From a virus (lineage: Duplodnaviria > Caudoviricetes): a DNA stretch of 38,544 nt. Positions 27,522 to 35,870 of this stretch are shown here, in pieces. A program made the position numbers and the translations under genes. The stretch lies in the IMG/VR virus record IMGVR_UViG_3300029183_000011, positions 1 through 38,544 of that record; one strand, given 5' to 3'. Position 1 is the stretch's first letter. The number at the start of each line of letters is the position of its first letter. The notes beneath the pieces are model-generated. The model saw nothing but the letters and a program-made list of their open reading frames with translations. It was not told the origin of the DNA and searched no databases.

Positions 27522-29035
27522 TACAATTCTCCTTCTGGTAATGTTGTTGGTTTAAATCTTTCTGGTAATTCAATAGCTTTTGTTGGTAATCGCCATACGC
27601 TTGTTACGCGACCATTGACACGAAGTTTTTCGGTCTTTCCCCCAAGTTCACGGATACTGTTCCATATCACACGAGGCGGTGAAAAATAGTTTTTATTTCT
27701 TAGATAACTACCAAGGTTAGGTCCCTTAAAAACCAATGTATCTTGATCCGCGAATATTCTACCACGCTCTAAATCTTCTTTTTTGTCAGTATGCGACACC
27801 GAAGCAATGTAGTTTTCCAGGTGAAATTTAAATATACCTTTCTCGTCGGCATCTTCAGGCGCTTCTAAAATAACAAGGTTATCTAAGCATTTTCTTATAT
27901 GATCATCCCATTGAGGATGTTTAACGGTATATATTAGTTTATTTATCTTATTAAAACATAGGACCTTGAACCTTGATTGACTTAATAAGTCTTCAGTTTC
28001 TTGTAACTCAACTGGCGAACCATCCACATCGATTTTCCATAACGGCGGTTGTGTATCAATTTTGGTCAGTTGACCAAGGACCACACCTATTTCGCCTTCG
28101 CTTTTTCGTTCGATGCCAAATTTAGTATCGTAACAAATCTCTTTGTTACAGTTATTACACAGTGGTTGATCTTTACATTTATAAAAGTATTCTTTCTTTT
28201 TAAGTGATTTTACCACGGCCAACACTTCACTAGCTGCAAGTGGTGGATTAAAGTATTGTCGATTGTATTCTTCCAGTTTTGTTTCATACTCGTCAGCAAA
28301 TCGCTTTTTTAGATAAACACCAACACTGAATAAACCACTGTTACGACTACCTTCAGGAAACCCTTTTGTTGCTAGAACGCTTAAACATGGTGGAGCACCC
28401 TCAAAATCTTTGTTAACAGGGATCTTGATGCTTTTTAATAGTTTCTCTGTTGTGTTAATTTTTTCAGCTAAATGTAAGAAATCTTTGGCAAGTAGCTTTT
28501 TCTCTCCAGCTAGTGCAAACCTATCTGTTTCATCGCCTTTGTAATAAGGCATGTTGATCGCGTTCCCTGTATCATGTTCCGAGGCCAGTTCTATTTGTTT
28601 TGGGAATATCTCTGTATCAGAGTACCCTAGCAATACTGCCCATTGCATGAGTGTGGAACGAAGTAGTTTTGCGCTTACACCATCCTTTGAGAAAGTGTAA
28701 AGATGTAGTCCCCCTGATTTGGTTAAACAGGGTATCAGTGGTAGTTTATATTTAGTTATTTTTTCATCGATTGTTTTCCAAATTTGGGCGTCGTAAATAT
28801 CTATATCAATACAACCAAAGTAACTAATACCTTCGTCGGTGATGGGGACTACACCTATACTCTTTTTTCCTTCAAGGTGCTCGGACCAAAGATCAGAGGT
28901 TACTGGACCTCTGATCGTTCGGACAGAGCCTTCTATTTTGTTTTTCGTAATATTTTTCTTTCCATTACGAAATATAGTGTACGCACGATTCAATCCCTTA
29001 AAGAGATTATTGAACCTCGCTGCTAGTTCGGACAT
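27521..29035 (-). CDS. Archaeo-eukaryotic primase (AEP) family primase with Cys-containing accessory domain
   Basis: GCIDIDIY (DxD), KSGGLHLY, EIFPKQ, INMPY; PPCL...GSRN...YKC..C..C. Confidence 0.85.
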   Translation of the reverse strand: MSELAARFNNLFKGLNRAYTIFRNGKKNITKNKIEGSVRTIRGPVTSDLWSEHLEGKKSIGVVPITDEGISYFGCIDIDIYDAQIWKTIDEKITKYKLPLIPCLTKSGGLHLYTFSKDGVSAKLLRSTLMQWAVLLGYSDTEIFPKQIELASEHDTGNAINMPYYKGDETDRFALAGEKKLLAKDFLHLAEKINTTEKLLKSIKIPVNKDFEGAPPCLSVLATKGFPEGSRNSGLFSVGVYLKKRFADEYETKLEEYNRQYFNPPLAASEVLAVVKSLKKKEYFYKCKDQPLCNNCNKEICYDTKFGIERKSEGEIGVVLGQLTKIDTQPPLWKIDVDGSPVELQETEDLLSQSRFKVLCFNKINKLIYTVKHPQWDDHIRKCLDNLVILEAPEDADEKGIFKFHLENYIASVSHTDKKEDLERGRIFADQDTLVFKGPNLGSYLRNKNYFSPPRVIWNSIRELGGKTEKLRVNGRVTSVWRLPTKAIELPERFKPTTLPEGEL

Positions 29036-29056
29036 CTATATTACCCCTTCTACAAA

Positions 29057-29809
29057 TTAAAGAGTATCTTCTATAGAGTCACCTTCTTGATATTCAACTG
29101 CACCTTCCATTATCTGATCACGAAAAGCTTTAGCAGCCCGAAACAGTTCCATGCTTTTTACTTGCTCAACTAATGAGAAATGCCACCCTTTCCAAACATC
29201 TTCACCTTTTGTTTCAGTTACAGCAAATGCTTTATAAACATGGCTGTACATTGGCGGTGTAAATTTACCTTTTACCCCGACTAATTTTAGGTTCTGCATA
29301 TTGGATAACCATTTTTTGCTCTTCTTAATTTGTGTTGATGTAAGTGTGATAAGTACAGGTTGAAAATCTTCGCCATCGATCACTAAGCAAAAATGATATC
29401 TTGTATCACGGTATTCTAGGCCATTTTCATCTATCAACACACCTGGTTTGTCTACGCTTTGTTTTGTTCGTTTTACATCGTTTGAATCTGGTGCAACCGA
29501 ACCACGGAAGCCACCGCCTTCTTTTCGAGGAACCCATTTGGTGAATTCGCGTTTAAAATAACAAGGGATCAAATAAACTTCCTGTACCAGTTCTTGTGTT
29601 ACAGTATTGTAAATATCGCCTACACGTGCTTTTTCGTTATAGTCCCCATGATCAGGTTTCATAATTGGACTTAGACTTTGAACGATTTTTAAAAATGGTA
29701 ATGCAAGACATTCTTGATCAACATTCTCGAAACCTGAATCTGTGCCTTCTTCAAAAATAGCCTCTGTTGTTAGGGCCCCTTCTTCTTTTTTTACTACTGC
29801 TTTGGACAT
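29057..29809 (-). CDS. Putative ssDNA-binding/annealing protein
   Basis: GFENVD...LPFLKIVQSLSP, aromatic beta core, acidic tail; strong RBS AGGAGAG; next to primase. Confidence 0.6.
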   Translation of the reverse strand: MSKAVVKKEEGALTTEAIFEEGTDSGFENVDQECLALPFLKIVQSLSPIMKPDHGDYNEKARVGDIYNTVTQELVQEVYLIPCYFKREFTKWVPRKEGGGFRGSVAPDSNDVKRTKQSVDKPGVLIDENGLEYRDTRYHFCLVIDGEDFQPVLITLTSTQIKKSKKWLSNMQNLKLVGVKGKFTPPMYSHVYKAFAVTETKGEDVWKGWHFSLVEQVKSMELFRAAKAFRDQIMEGAVEYQEGDSIEDTL

Positions 29810-29826
29810 TTCGCTCTCCTTTAAAA

Positions 29827-30005
29827 TGGTGAGAGAGGCAGGGATTTGCCGAGAAGGATACTACTTTAGAAGGGTAGTCCTCAACTCGTATAGTCACCCT
29901 GCATGGCTGATATAGTACACATGACGCTGAATGTGTAGTTAGCGTCTTCCAAGTTTTATCAGCCAGGATTTGCAGCCTCGCGTTTACCTATTTCGCCACT
30001 CTCTC
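29827..30005 (-). ncRNA. 179-nt tRNA-like RNA with encoded CCA and two large structured insertions
   Basis: Acceptor GAGAGAG/CTCTCTC-A-CCA; D-arm GCG-AAATAGGTAAA-CGC; T-stem GCAGGG/CCCTGC; 8-bp arm GGCTGATA/TATCAGCC. Confidence 0.8.
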
Positions 30006-30012
30006 ATAAAAA

Positions 30013-30570
30013 TTATTCTTTTGGTGTCACCTTTGCGACATCAAACTCATGTACCCCGAACAACTCTTCTGGAAAATTTTCTTGGTTTTCCTTTTGTTCA
30101 CGAACCCAGGCACCAAGTGTCTGGTAGTGAATATCCTCTTTTCGTTCAACGTTATAACCAGCTGCTTTCAATTCTTTATAAGCACTATCGGCGTACTCGT
30201 CTTGGCCTTTATCAAATTTAGCAACAACGGTGTTTTTAATAATAGCGTCGTGTTTGTTCTCTCTTAACCAAGTATGTGCAGCTGGTTTATTTTCCTTCTT
30301 AATATTTGCAACTATTTTATGGTCGATCTCTATTTTACTACCATTGTTTAATGTATATGAGCTTACACCAGTTTCTTGCATTGCAGTTGGTAGATCGACG
30401 GTAGTTAGTTGAAGCAGTAATTCTTTTCCAATTTTTAATTTCTCTTCTAGTTTTTTAATGGCTGATTCATACTCGAGCACCTTTTCAGCCATTCGACTTA
30501 TTTCATTAATATTAGAAGGCACAGTGACTTTATTTGTATCTTCTTCAAACATGTTTGTTAGGTCGCTCAT
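30013..30570 (-). CDS. Conserved replication-module protein (coiled coil plus mixed domain)
   Basis: LPTAMQETGVSSYTL..G, WLRE...IIKN, IHYQTLGAWVRE; likely start MSDLTN after GGTG. Confidence 0.7.
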   Translation of the reverse strand: MSDLTNMFEEDTNKVTVPSNINEISRMAEKVLEYESAIKKLEEKLKIGKELLLQLTTVDLPTAMQETGVSSYTLNNGSKIEIDHKIVANIKKENKPAAHTWLRENKHDAIIKNTVVAKFDKGQDEYADSAYKELKAAGYNVERKEDIHYQTLGAWVREQKENQENFPEELFGVHEFDVAKVTPKE

Positions 30571-30571
30571 A

Positions 30572-30919
30572 TCAAAACACCATATTAATATCAAATTCTA
30601 CTTTAACGTATTGACCTGTTTTACGTTCCCACTTTAACATATTAACAAGGCCACGATTATTTCTAGCAGCAATGGCGGCAGCGATGCCAATTGCTGTGGG
30701 ATCACCAAGAGCAACAATAAAATCTTCTGAACTGAATTTGGCCAGTTTTTTTGATAACGACTTTACAATTGGTCCCGAATTAAAAACGTGCTCTGTTGGT
30801 TCTAATAAAAATTCAATTTCACCATATGCCGAAGCTGGTGTAATATCCATGTACGGTTTTGATTTACCCGTTTCAGGATCAAATCTATGTGGTAGTTGAA
30901 CAACGAATACTTTAGCCAT
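30572..30919 (-). CDS. Small alpha/beta protein, possibly CARF/Csx3/SAVED-like fold
   Basis: MAKVFVVQ...AYGEIEFL...DFIVALGDP...LKWERKTGQY; fold call is a by-eye inference. Confidence 0.55.
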   Translation of the reverse strand: MAKVFVVQLPHRFDPETGKSKPYMDITPASAYGEIEFLLEPTEHVFNSGPIVKSLSKKLAKFSSEDFIVALGDPTAIGIAAAIAARNNRGLVNMLKWERKTGQYVKVEFDINMVF

Positions 30920-31214
30920 TAAATAAATCTCCGAAAAAATCTGGTGCACCTTCTAATTTTGAAAGCCTATCCATGATTTGTACGGGGAACTTGGTTCCCC
31001 CTTCTCTCCAATCGAATATTGTCTCTTTGGTACTAAGTTTATAGCCGCCTGTATTAAGCACAGGATAGATAGTTTCTTTTTCCAAAGAGGACCATTTAAT
31101 TTCTTCTCCCTGATTGATCGCATAATAAGCGTAGACTCTATTAAGTGATAAACACGCATCATAATCATTTCTAGCGGCAAACCTATGGCCGTAAATTCCG
31201 CTAGGATGCCCCAT
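30912..31214 (-). CDS. Hypothetical protein
   Basis: C-terminal part of track ORF 30912-31559; start MGHPSG fits tiling with neighbours. Confidence 0.5.
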   Translation of the reverse strand: MGHPSGIYGHRFAARNDYDACLSLNRVYAYYAINQGEEIKWSSLEKETIYPVLNTGGYKLSTKETIFDWREGGTKFPVQIMDRLSKLEGAPDFFGDLFNG

Positions 31215-31653
31215 CTGATAATTGTAAACTATCGTCGGTGTTGGGACCCGTTCCCCTTTGTTGTTTAACCTGCTCTTCATTGTAATAAATATTACCTTTC
31301 GTTTTTTCAATAAGGGCCATAATTTGATCGTGTATATCATCGGGGGTAGCATCACGATAAAGTATTTTACCCCCATATTTTTTTGTATTTTGTTCTGGTG
31401 GAAAAATCTTATCTTTTTCCGACGGCTGAAATAAATGTTCAAAACAGTCTTCAGGAATACCAAAGAATCTAGCACCATCCTTGAAGTGAAATAAAACGCT
31501 TTGCATGTCTCCAAAACTATCTGCCCATAGAACTGGGAATTCTTTAATTGCGCACCCACAACCTCTTACTGATATTTGTCCAAAGTCCCAGGTGCTTCGA
31601 TCCATGTCATATTTAACATGTTTTGCGAGGTTTTCTAATTTTTCAACGTCCAT
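31201..31653 (-). CDS. Hypothetical protein
   Basis: 150 aa, GCGCAI motif, tiles in operon. Confidence 0.6.
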   Translation of the reverse strand: MDVEKLENLAKHVKYDMDRSTWDFGQISVRGCGCAIKEFPVLWADSFGDMQSVLFHFKDGARFFGIPEDCFEHLFQPSEKDKIFPPEQNTKKYGGKILYRDATPDDIHDQIMALIEKTKGNIYYNEEQVKQQRGTGPNTDDSLQLSDGAS

Positions 31654-32140
31654 TCCAAGTGTCTCCTAGTTTGATGAATACATTAAACTGTAGTACCTTG
31701 GAACCACCAAGTTCGACTATAGCAGCTGCTATATCTATTTTCTCAACAATGCCTTCGATTATCATTTCAGAGTCTTTTTTAATTTTTGCTACATCATCGT
31801 CTTGAGTGAACATCAAGAAAGATATTTTTTGATACTCTCTTTCGTATTGGCTTGATTGACCAAAACGAGTACGTGTTATCTTTTTTGATTTTTTATAAAA
31901 CACCCCATGAAGCGAGAAACCTTTCTCTTTCTTAGCTTTAACATTTGTAATGGTTGCTCGTTGTTTGATTTCCATTCCAACAAGATCTTGCACGAAGTCT
32001 TGTTTTTGAACAGATGTCATTGACTTATGCTCGTTAGCATATTTTTCACATAAACCAACGAGCTTATGCATTGTCAATCTTTGTTGTGCAAAAGAGATGT
32101 TACATATCAGAAGTGCTACGATAAGTATTGCGTATTTCAT
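31643..32140 (-). CDS. Secreted/periplasmic protein, possible OB fold
   Basis: Signal peptide MKYAILIVALLICNISFA-Q; G.EI...ATITNV and IKKDSEMIIEGIV strands. Confidence 0.65.
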   Translation of the reverse strand: MKYAILIVALLICNISFAQQRLTMHKLVGLCEKYANEHKSMTSVQKQDFVQDLVGMEIKQRATITNVKAKKEKGFSLHGVFYKKSKKITRTRFGQSSQYEREYQKISFLMFTQDDDVAKIKKDSEMIIEGIVEKIDIAAAIVELGGSKVLQFNVFIKLGDTWNGR

Positions 32141-32168
32141 GTTTCATTCTCCAAAAAGTTTAAAAGTA

Positions 32169-32229
32169 TGTCTACAGACATTATAGCAAAACCACCTAAA
32201 TAGTCAAGTACCATAAATGTCTATAGACA
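32169..32229 (-). promoter_or_regulatory. Sigma70-type promoter flanked by two TGTCT-N2-AGACA palindromes
   Basis: Minus strand TTGACT, 16 nt, TGc-TATAAT (32207-32180); palindromes at 32169-32180 and 32218-32229. Confidence 0.8.
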
Positions 32230-32237
32230 ACTTACTC

Positions 32238-32435
32238 CTACTTCCCTTCACCGTCAACAACTTTTTGTGCTTCTTCACGTTTTTGAATAGCTAATTTTAA
32301 AAGTGCTTGGGTCCATGCAATACCTAAATCTTTTAATTGTGCATCACTCAATCGAGAGATAGGTATTGAACCCCCTTCTTCCAGCTGAATTAATACTGGT
32401 AATTTAGGTAATTTAATTGTTTGTCTAATTTCCAT
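32238..32435 (-). CDS. Hypothetical protein
   Basis: MEIRQTIKLP... after RBS AGGAG. Confidence 0.6.
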   Translation of the reverse strand: MEIRQTIKLPKLPVLIQLEEGGSIPISRLSDAQLKDLGIAWTQALLKLAIQKREEAQKVVDGEGK

Positions 32436-32763
32436 TGTTTTTCTCCTTTTTAACTTTTTCTTCACGCCACTTAGCCCAACTTGGGTGTGTCATTTTATGG
32501 TCAATCCATTTCTTTAGGTCTGGTTTTGGTTCAAATGGTTCTTCGTCTTTTTCACAGCGTTCACATCTACCTGATAAACCCGAATGTTCTTCGCAAAAAT
32601 AAAGTCCGCATCCATTCTCACCGCCCCACGGTTCTTGCTCACAACAAACATACCCAAGCCCACGATCAATTTCTTTATTGCAATCTGGATGGTCGCATAC
32701 ACTAGGAACACCATAGCCAATATCGCGCTTCCAATTACTATCATATCCAACTGCCCAACTCAT
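32425..32763 (-). CDS. Cys/His-rich (zinc-binding) phage protein
   Basis: RDIGYGVP..CDHP.C...IDRGL.Y.C...GCGLYFC.EH; TAATG coupling to helicase stop. Confidence 0.75.
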   Translation of the reverse strand: MSWAVGYDSNWKRDIGYGVPSVCDHPDCNKEIDRGLGYVCCEQEPWGGENGCGLYFCEEHSGLSGRCERCEKDEEPFEPKPDLKKWIDHKMTHPSWAKWREEKVKKEKNNGN

Positions 32764-34247
32764 TATAACCAATCCTTTGCTTGATCCCCTGTTACGAGGT
32801 CCGCATAATTTTTCTTTTGTTTAAGTGCTTTAATTATCTTCATATCAATAGTATCTTCGGCCAATATATCCACATAAGTTACAGGGTGCTCTAAACCTAT
32901 TCTATGGGCCCTATCTTCGCTTTGTAGCCTTGTTTCTAGGCTGAAGTCATTACTGTAATAAACCATCGTTTTACAGGCTGTGAGCGTCAATCCTATGCCC
33001 CCTGCATGGGCATTTCCAACAAAGTAATCTATACCACTACCAGGGTTCTGGAAACCTGTTTTTGCAAGTTCCCGATCATCTAAGTTCACATCGCCATGAT
33101 ATTCAACGTATGCTCTATTTTGTTCTTTTAGAACTTGACAAACAGCACGAATCTCTTCACGGAACCTGCACCATACAATCATTTTACCAGGGTAATCTTC
33201 AATGATTTCTTTGAACGCTGATATTTTTGTTGACTCCAGGGACTTTATTTGTCCATCGTCGGTTTTAATAAATCCACCTGCTATTTGATGTAGGCGCAGC
33301 AATAATGTTAGTTTACGAATAACCGTCACAGTTGTATCTTCCAGCATTAATATGAACTCTTTCTCCAGCTGTTTATATTGTCTCTTTTGTTCTGGACCAA
33401 GTTCCACGGACCATGTTTGATAGATCTTTGGCGGTAAGTCCACACATTCTGATTTAAGGCACCTGAAACTGTAGGGATCAATAGTAGCCACAAGTTCTTC
33501 AGTATTGGTATGGCCTACAAGGACCTCGAAGGTGTGTTCTTTCTTCATGGTGCCATTAGGACCTTTCACTTCTTTTTCTATTGTTTGTTCGCGCCATACA
33601 GCATAGTAGTGTTTAAAAGTATGGTAGTTACTGAACCCAAGGACATGAGCATCAAGAAAACTAAATTGACCAAATAGATCAAGTGGCGATTGTGTGATCG
33701 GCGTACCTGTTAGTATACGTCTTGTGACAGCCTTTTTACCGTAGTTGATAAGTACTTTTGTTCTTTTAGATGAATGGTTCTTGATCCGTGTGCTTTCATC
33801 TACGACAAACAAAACTCTTCTGGTTTCTAATATTTTCTTTATAAAAGGCAAAGCTTTGTTTTTCGTGGAGAAAACATCGACGTTCACACAAACTACTATT
33901 AATTTATCCTCTTCTTTAAAAAGGTCTTGGCGGGCGGTTTTGTCTTTTTTCGTATCTTTACCACGCCAACAATAACAAGCGTGGGGAATGTAATCTGGTA
34001 AGTGCTTTGGTACTTCATCTGTTACCCAATTCATGTGAACGCCTTTTGGCGCGACAACAAGTAGGCAATCGATTCTACCTTTTGAGTATTGATAAGCTGC
34101 TGTATCTATAATAACTTTCGTCTTACCTGTGCCCTGCTCCATGAACAAGGCATAGATTTTCTCGTCACGGGACAACAAAAAAGCTTCTTTTTGTTTTGCG
34201 TAGGGCTCCGTCTTATAGACGTAATCAGTTGGTCTAATTTCAAGCAT
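32763..34247 (-). CDS. SNF2-family (SF2) helicase
   Basis: MEQGTGKT, VVDEST, LTGTP, GGIGLTL, QSEDRAHRIG. Confidence 0.95.
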   Translation of the reverse strand: MLEIRPTDYVYKTEPYAKQKEAFLLSRDEKIYALFMEQGTGKTKVIIDTAAYQYSKGRIDCLLVVAPKGVHMNWVTDEVPKHLPDYIPHACYCWRGKDTKKDKTARQDLFKEEDKLIVVCVNVDVFSTKNKALPFIKKILETRRVLFVVDESTRIKNHSSKRTKVLINYGKKAVTRRILTGTPITQSPLDLFGQFSFLDAHVLGFSNYHTFKHYYAVWREQTIEKEVKGPNGTMKKEHTFEVLVGHTNTEELVATIDPYSFRCLKSECVDLPPKIYQTWSVELGPEQKRQYKQLEKEFILMLEDTTVTVIRKLTLLLRLHQIAGGFIKTDDGQIKSLESTKISAFKEIIEDYPGKMIVWCRFREEIRAVCQVLKEQNRAYVEYHGDVNLDDRELAKTGFQNPGSGIDYFVGNAHAGGIGLTLTACKTMVYYSNDFSLETRLQSEDRAHRIGLEHPVTYVDILAEDTIDMKIIKALKQKKNYADLVTGDQAKDWL

Positions 34248-34253
34248 GTTAAT

Positions 34254-34697
34254 TTACACTGCTTCCTCTGTATCTGTACCATGTTCGCCTGACATATGTT
34301 GATCATGACCTAATGCAACAGGCCTAAAAACTTCTTTTCTATATTCAATATTACGTACTAATCCGAGAGCAACATCTTTAGCAAAGAGTGCTTGTTCCCT
34401 CGCATATTTTGCTTCAATTCGATCAGTTAACTGATCAATTTCATCGCCTTTAACTTTTCTCTCTCGATTGATCAATGATTGTTCTCGATTGCTAAATTCA
34501 AGGCTCCTCTCATATAAAGCATCTTTTGCTTTTGAAAGTTCTGCATTAAGTTCATGTAAGCCATCTATTTCTGTTTTTAGCTCTTCATTTTCTTTTTCTA
34601 GTTGCTCTTTACGAGTCAATGCATCCGTAATAGCTTTACATTGTATTTCAGGCAATCTAGTACGTATAGTTTCTAAAATTTCTTCGTCGATATTCAT
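34254..34697 (-). CDS. Coiled-coil hypothetical protein
   Basis: Heptad-rich E/K/L segment; RBS GGAG before ATG 34697. Confidence 0.65.
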   Translation of the reverse strand: MNIDEEILETIRTRLPEIQCKAITDALTRKEQLEKENEELKTEIDGLHELNAELSKAKDALYERSLEFSNREQSLINRERKVKGDEIDQLTDRIEAKYAREQALFAKDVALGLVRNIEYRKEVFRPVALGHDQHMSGEHGTDTEEAV

Positions 34698-34698
34698 G

Positions 34699-34890
34699 TT
34701 ATTCTCCAATTAATTTTTTAGTTTTTGGCGTTATTCTTAAAGATGTTAACGTAGGGAAGTGATACCCATCGATTATAAACTCTTTCTCACAATGCTTACA
34801 TATTTGCTTTTTGAATGTTTGTTTAGATAATGATCCATAATCATGCTTTTTACAATAAGGGCACAGTATATGAAAAATGAAACTATTCAT
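34699..34890 (-). CDS. Zinc-ribbon protein
   Basis: CPYC...CKHC. Confidence 0.6.
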   Translation of the reverse strand: MNSFIFHILCPYCKKHDYGSLSKQTFKKQICKHCEKEFIIDGYHFPTLTSLRITPKTKKLIGE

Positions 34891-35212
34891 TCTCAACCAA
34901 CGCTCCTATGATTGTATCAGATGCTTTAAACCGATCCGCACTATCCTGTTTCTTCTTATCAATAACCATCTGTAAACATTGAAAGTATCCGGCACCATCT
35001 ACACGATTGTCACGTTTAGGTGAATTGATCTCACGGCTTATCTTTAATGCGACCATGCACAAGGCTACTTGCTCAGGTGTGATGTTATCTAGACCGAGGA
35101 TCACGGACCAAAGTTTACCTGTTCTTGTGAAATCATCATAAGGATGGCCATAGCTTTCGTTACGATCACCGCCGACGAGATTTGAGGCTTCTTCTAAGAT
35201 GTTATCAGTCAT
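34883..35212 (-). CDS. DUF6378-like helical protein
   Basis: ILEEA..LV.GDR...YGHP...F...LW...VALCM..LK.SR......D..VD.AGY. Confidence 0.8.
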   Translation of the reverse strand: MTDNILEEASNLVGGDRNESYGHPYDDFTRTGKLWSVILGLDNITPEQVALCMVALKISREINSPKRDNRVDGAGYFQCLQMVIDKKKQDSADRFKASDTIIGALVENE

Positions 35213-35398
35213 TTATTCCTCATAAAATTCTTTAATATAATCTTGATCAGGATGGCAGTCTTTACACACCATTGACATTCCATAATCTGAATCATCGTCG
35301 ATTACTTCAAGCACGCCATCTTTTTCACCACACATAATGCCTTTATCCGTATCAAACTCGTGGCCTGATATTTCGTAATTACATTTTGAACATTTCAT
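35213..35398 (-). CDS. Small zinc-finger protein
   Basis: CSKC...C...CKDC. Confidence 0.55.
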   Translation of the reverse strand: MKCSKCNYEISGHEFDTDKGIMCGEKDGVLEVIDDDSDYGMSMVCKDCHPDQDYIKEFYEE

Positions 35399-35667
35399 TG
35401 ATTATCACCAGCGATCATTTTGGTTATTTCTAGTTGTGCTGTTTCTAAAAAGCACTCAAAAAAGTATTCGTCGTCAACACCAGGTATCTCCGGTATTCTT
35501 TTACTGTAACTGTGTTGTTGAGTATTTGTATACACAGTTATTCTTATTTCTACAGCAAAACCTATATCATGTTTCTCTAACCCAAGTGGTATAAACCTAA
35601 ACAAAACGTCCACTGGTCGATGAAATATTTCATTAAGTTGTTTCGATATTTTATGTAAGTACTTCAT
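35395..35667 (-). CDS. Hypothetical protein
   Basis: Tiles with ATGA overlap; RBS AGGAG. Confidence 0.6.
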   Translation of the reverse strand: MKYLHKISKQLNEIFHRPVDVLFRFIPLGLEKHDIGFAVEIRITVYTNTQQHSYSKRIPEIPGVDDEYFFECFLETAQLEITKMIAGDNQ

Positions 35668-35669
35668 TA

Positions 35670-35870
35670 TTATTCTCCTTTTATTTGATTTATCATATCA
35701 ATGACTTCTTGCGCAGAATGATTAACATCATGTGCTCGACCATCTTGTAAGATCATACACTGCGCATTATGCCCCGTGCTTATTTCAGCAATATTGCTAA
35801 TACGTTCTACGTTAACAAATATAGCAAAGCCTTCTGCATCCTCTAGTTTTATGAAAAATGGTTTAGTCAT
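35670..35870 (-). CDS. Small beta protein (FlbD-like pattern)
   Basis: FIKL.....IFVNVERI..I......V..SAQEVIDMI. Confidence 0.55.
   Translation of the reverse strand: MTKPFFIKLEDAEGFAIFVNVERISNIAEISTGHNAQCMILQDGRAHDVNHSAQEVIDMINQIKGE

Noticed and set aside
29827-30005. Canonical tRNA-Cys(GCA), tmRNA or attP
   Set aside because: Anticodon stem is only 3 bp and the discriminator is A, not U; no G3-U70 pair or tag ORF and too short for tmRNA; no integrase nearby and both tRNA halves are present
31215-31559. N-terminal part of the 215-aa track ORF 30912-31559
   Set aside because: Overlaps the better-supported 31201-31653 gene; a downstream ATG at 31214 tiles properly
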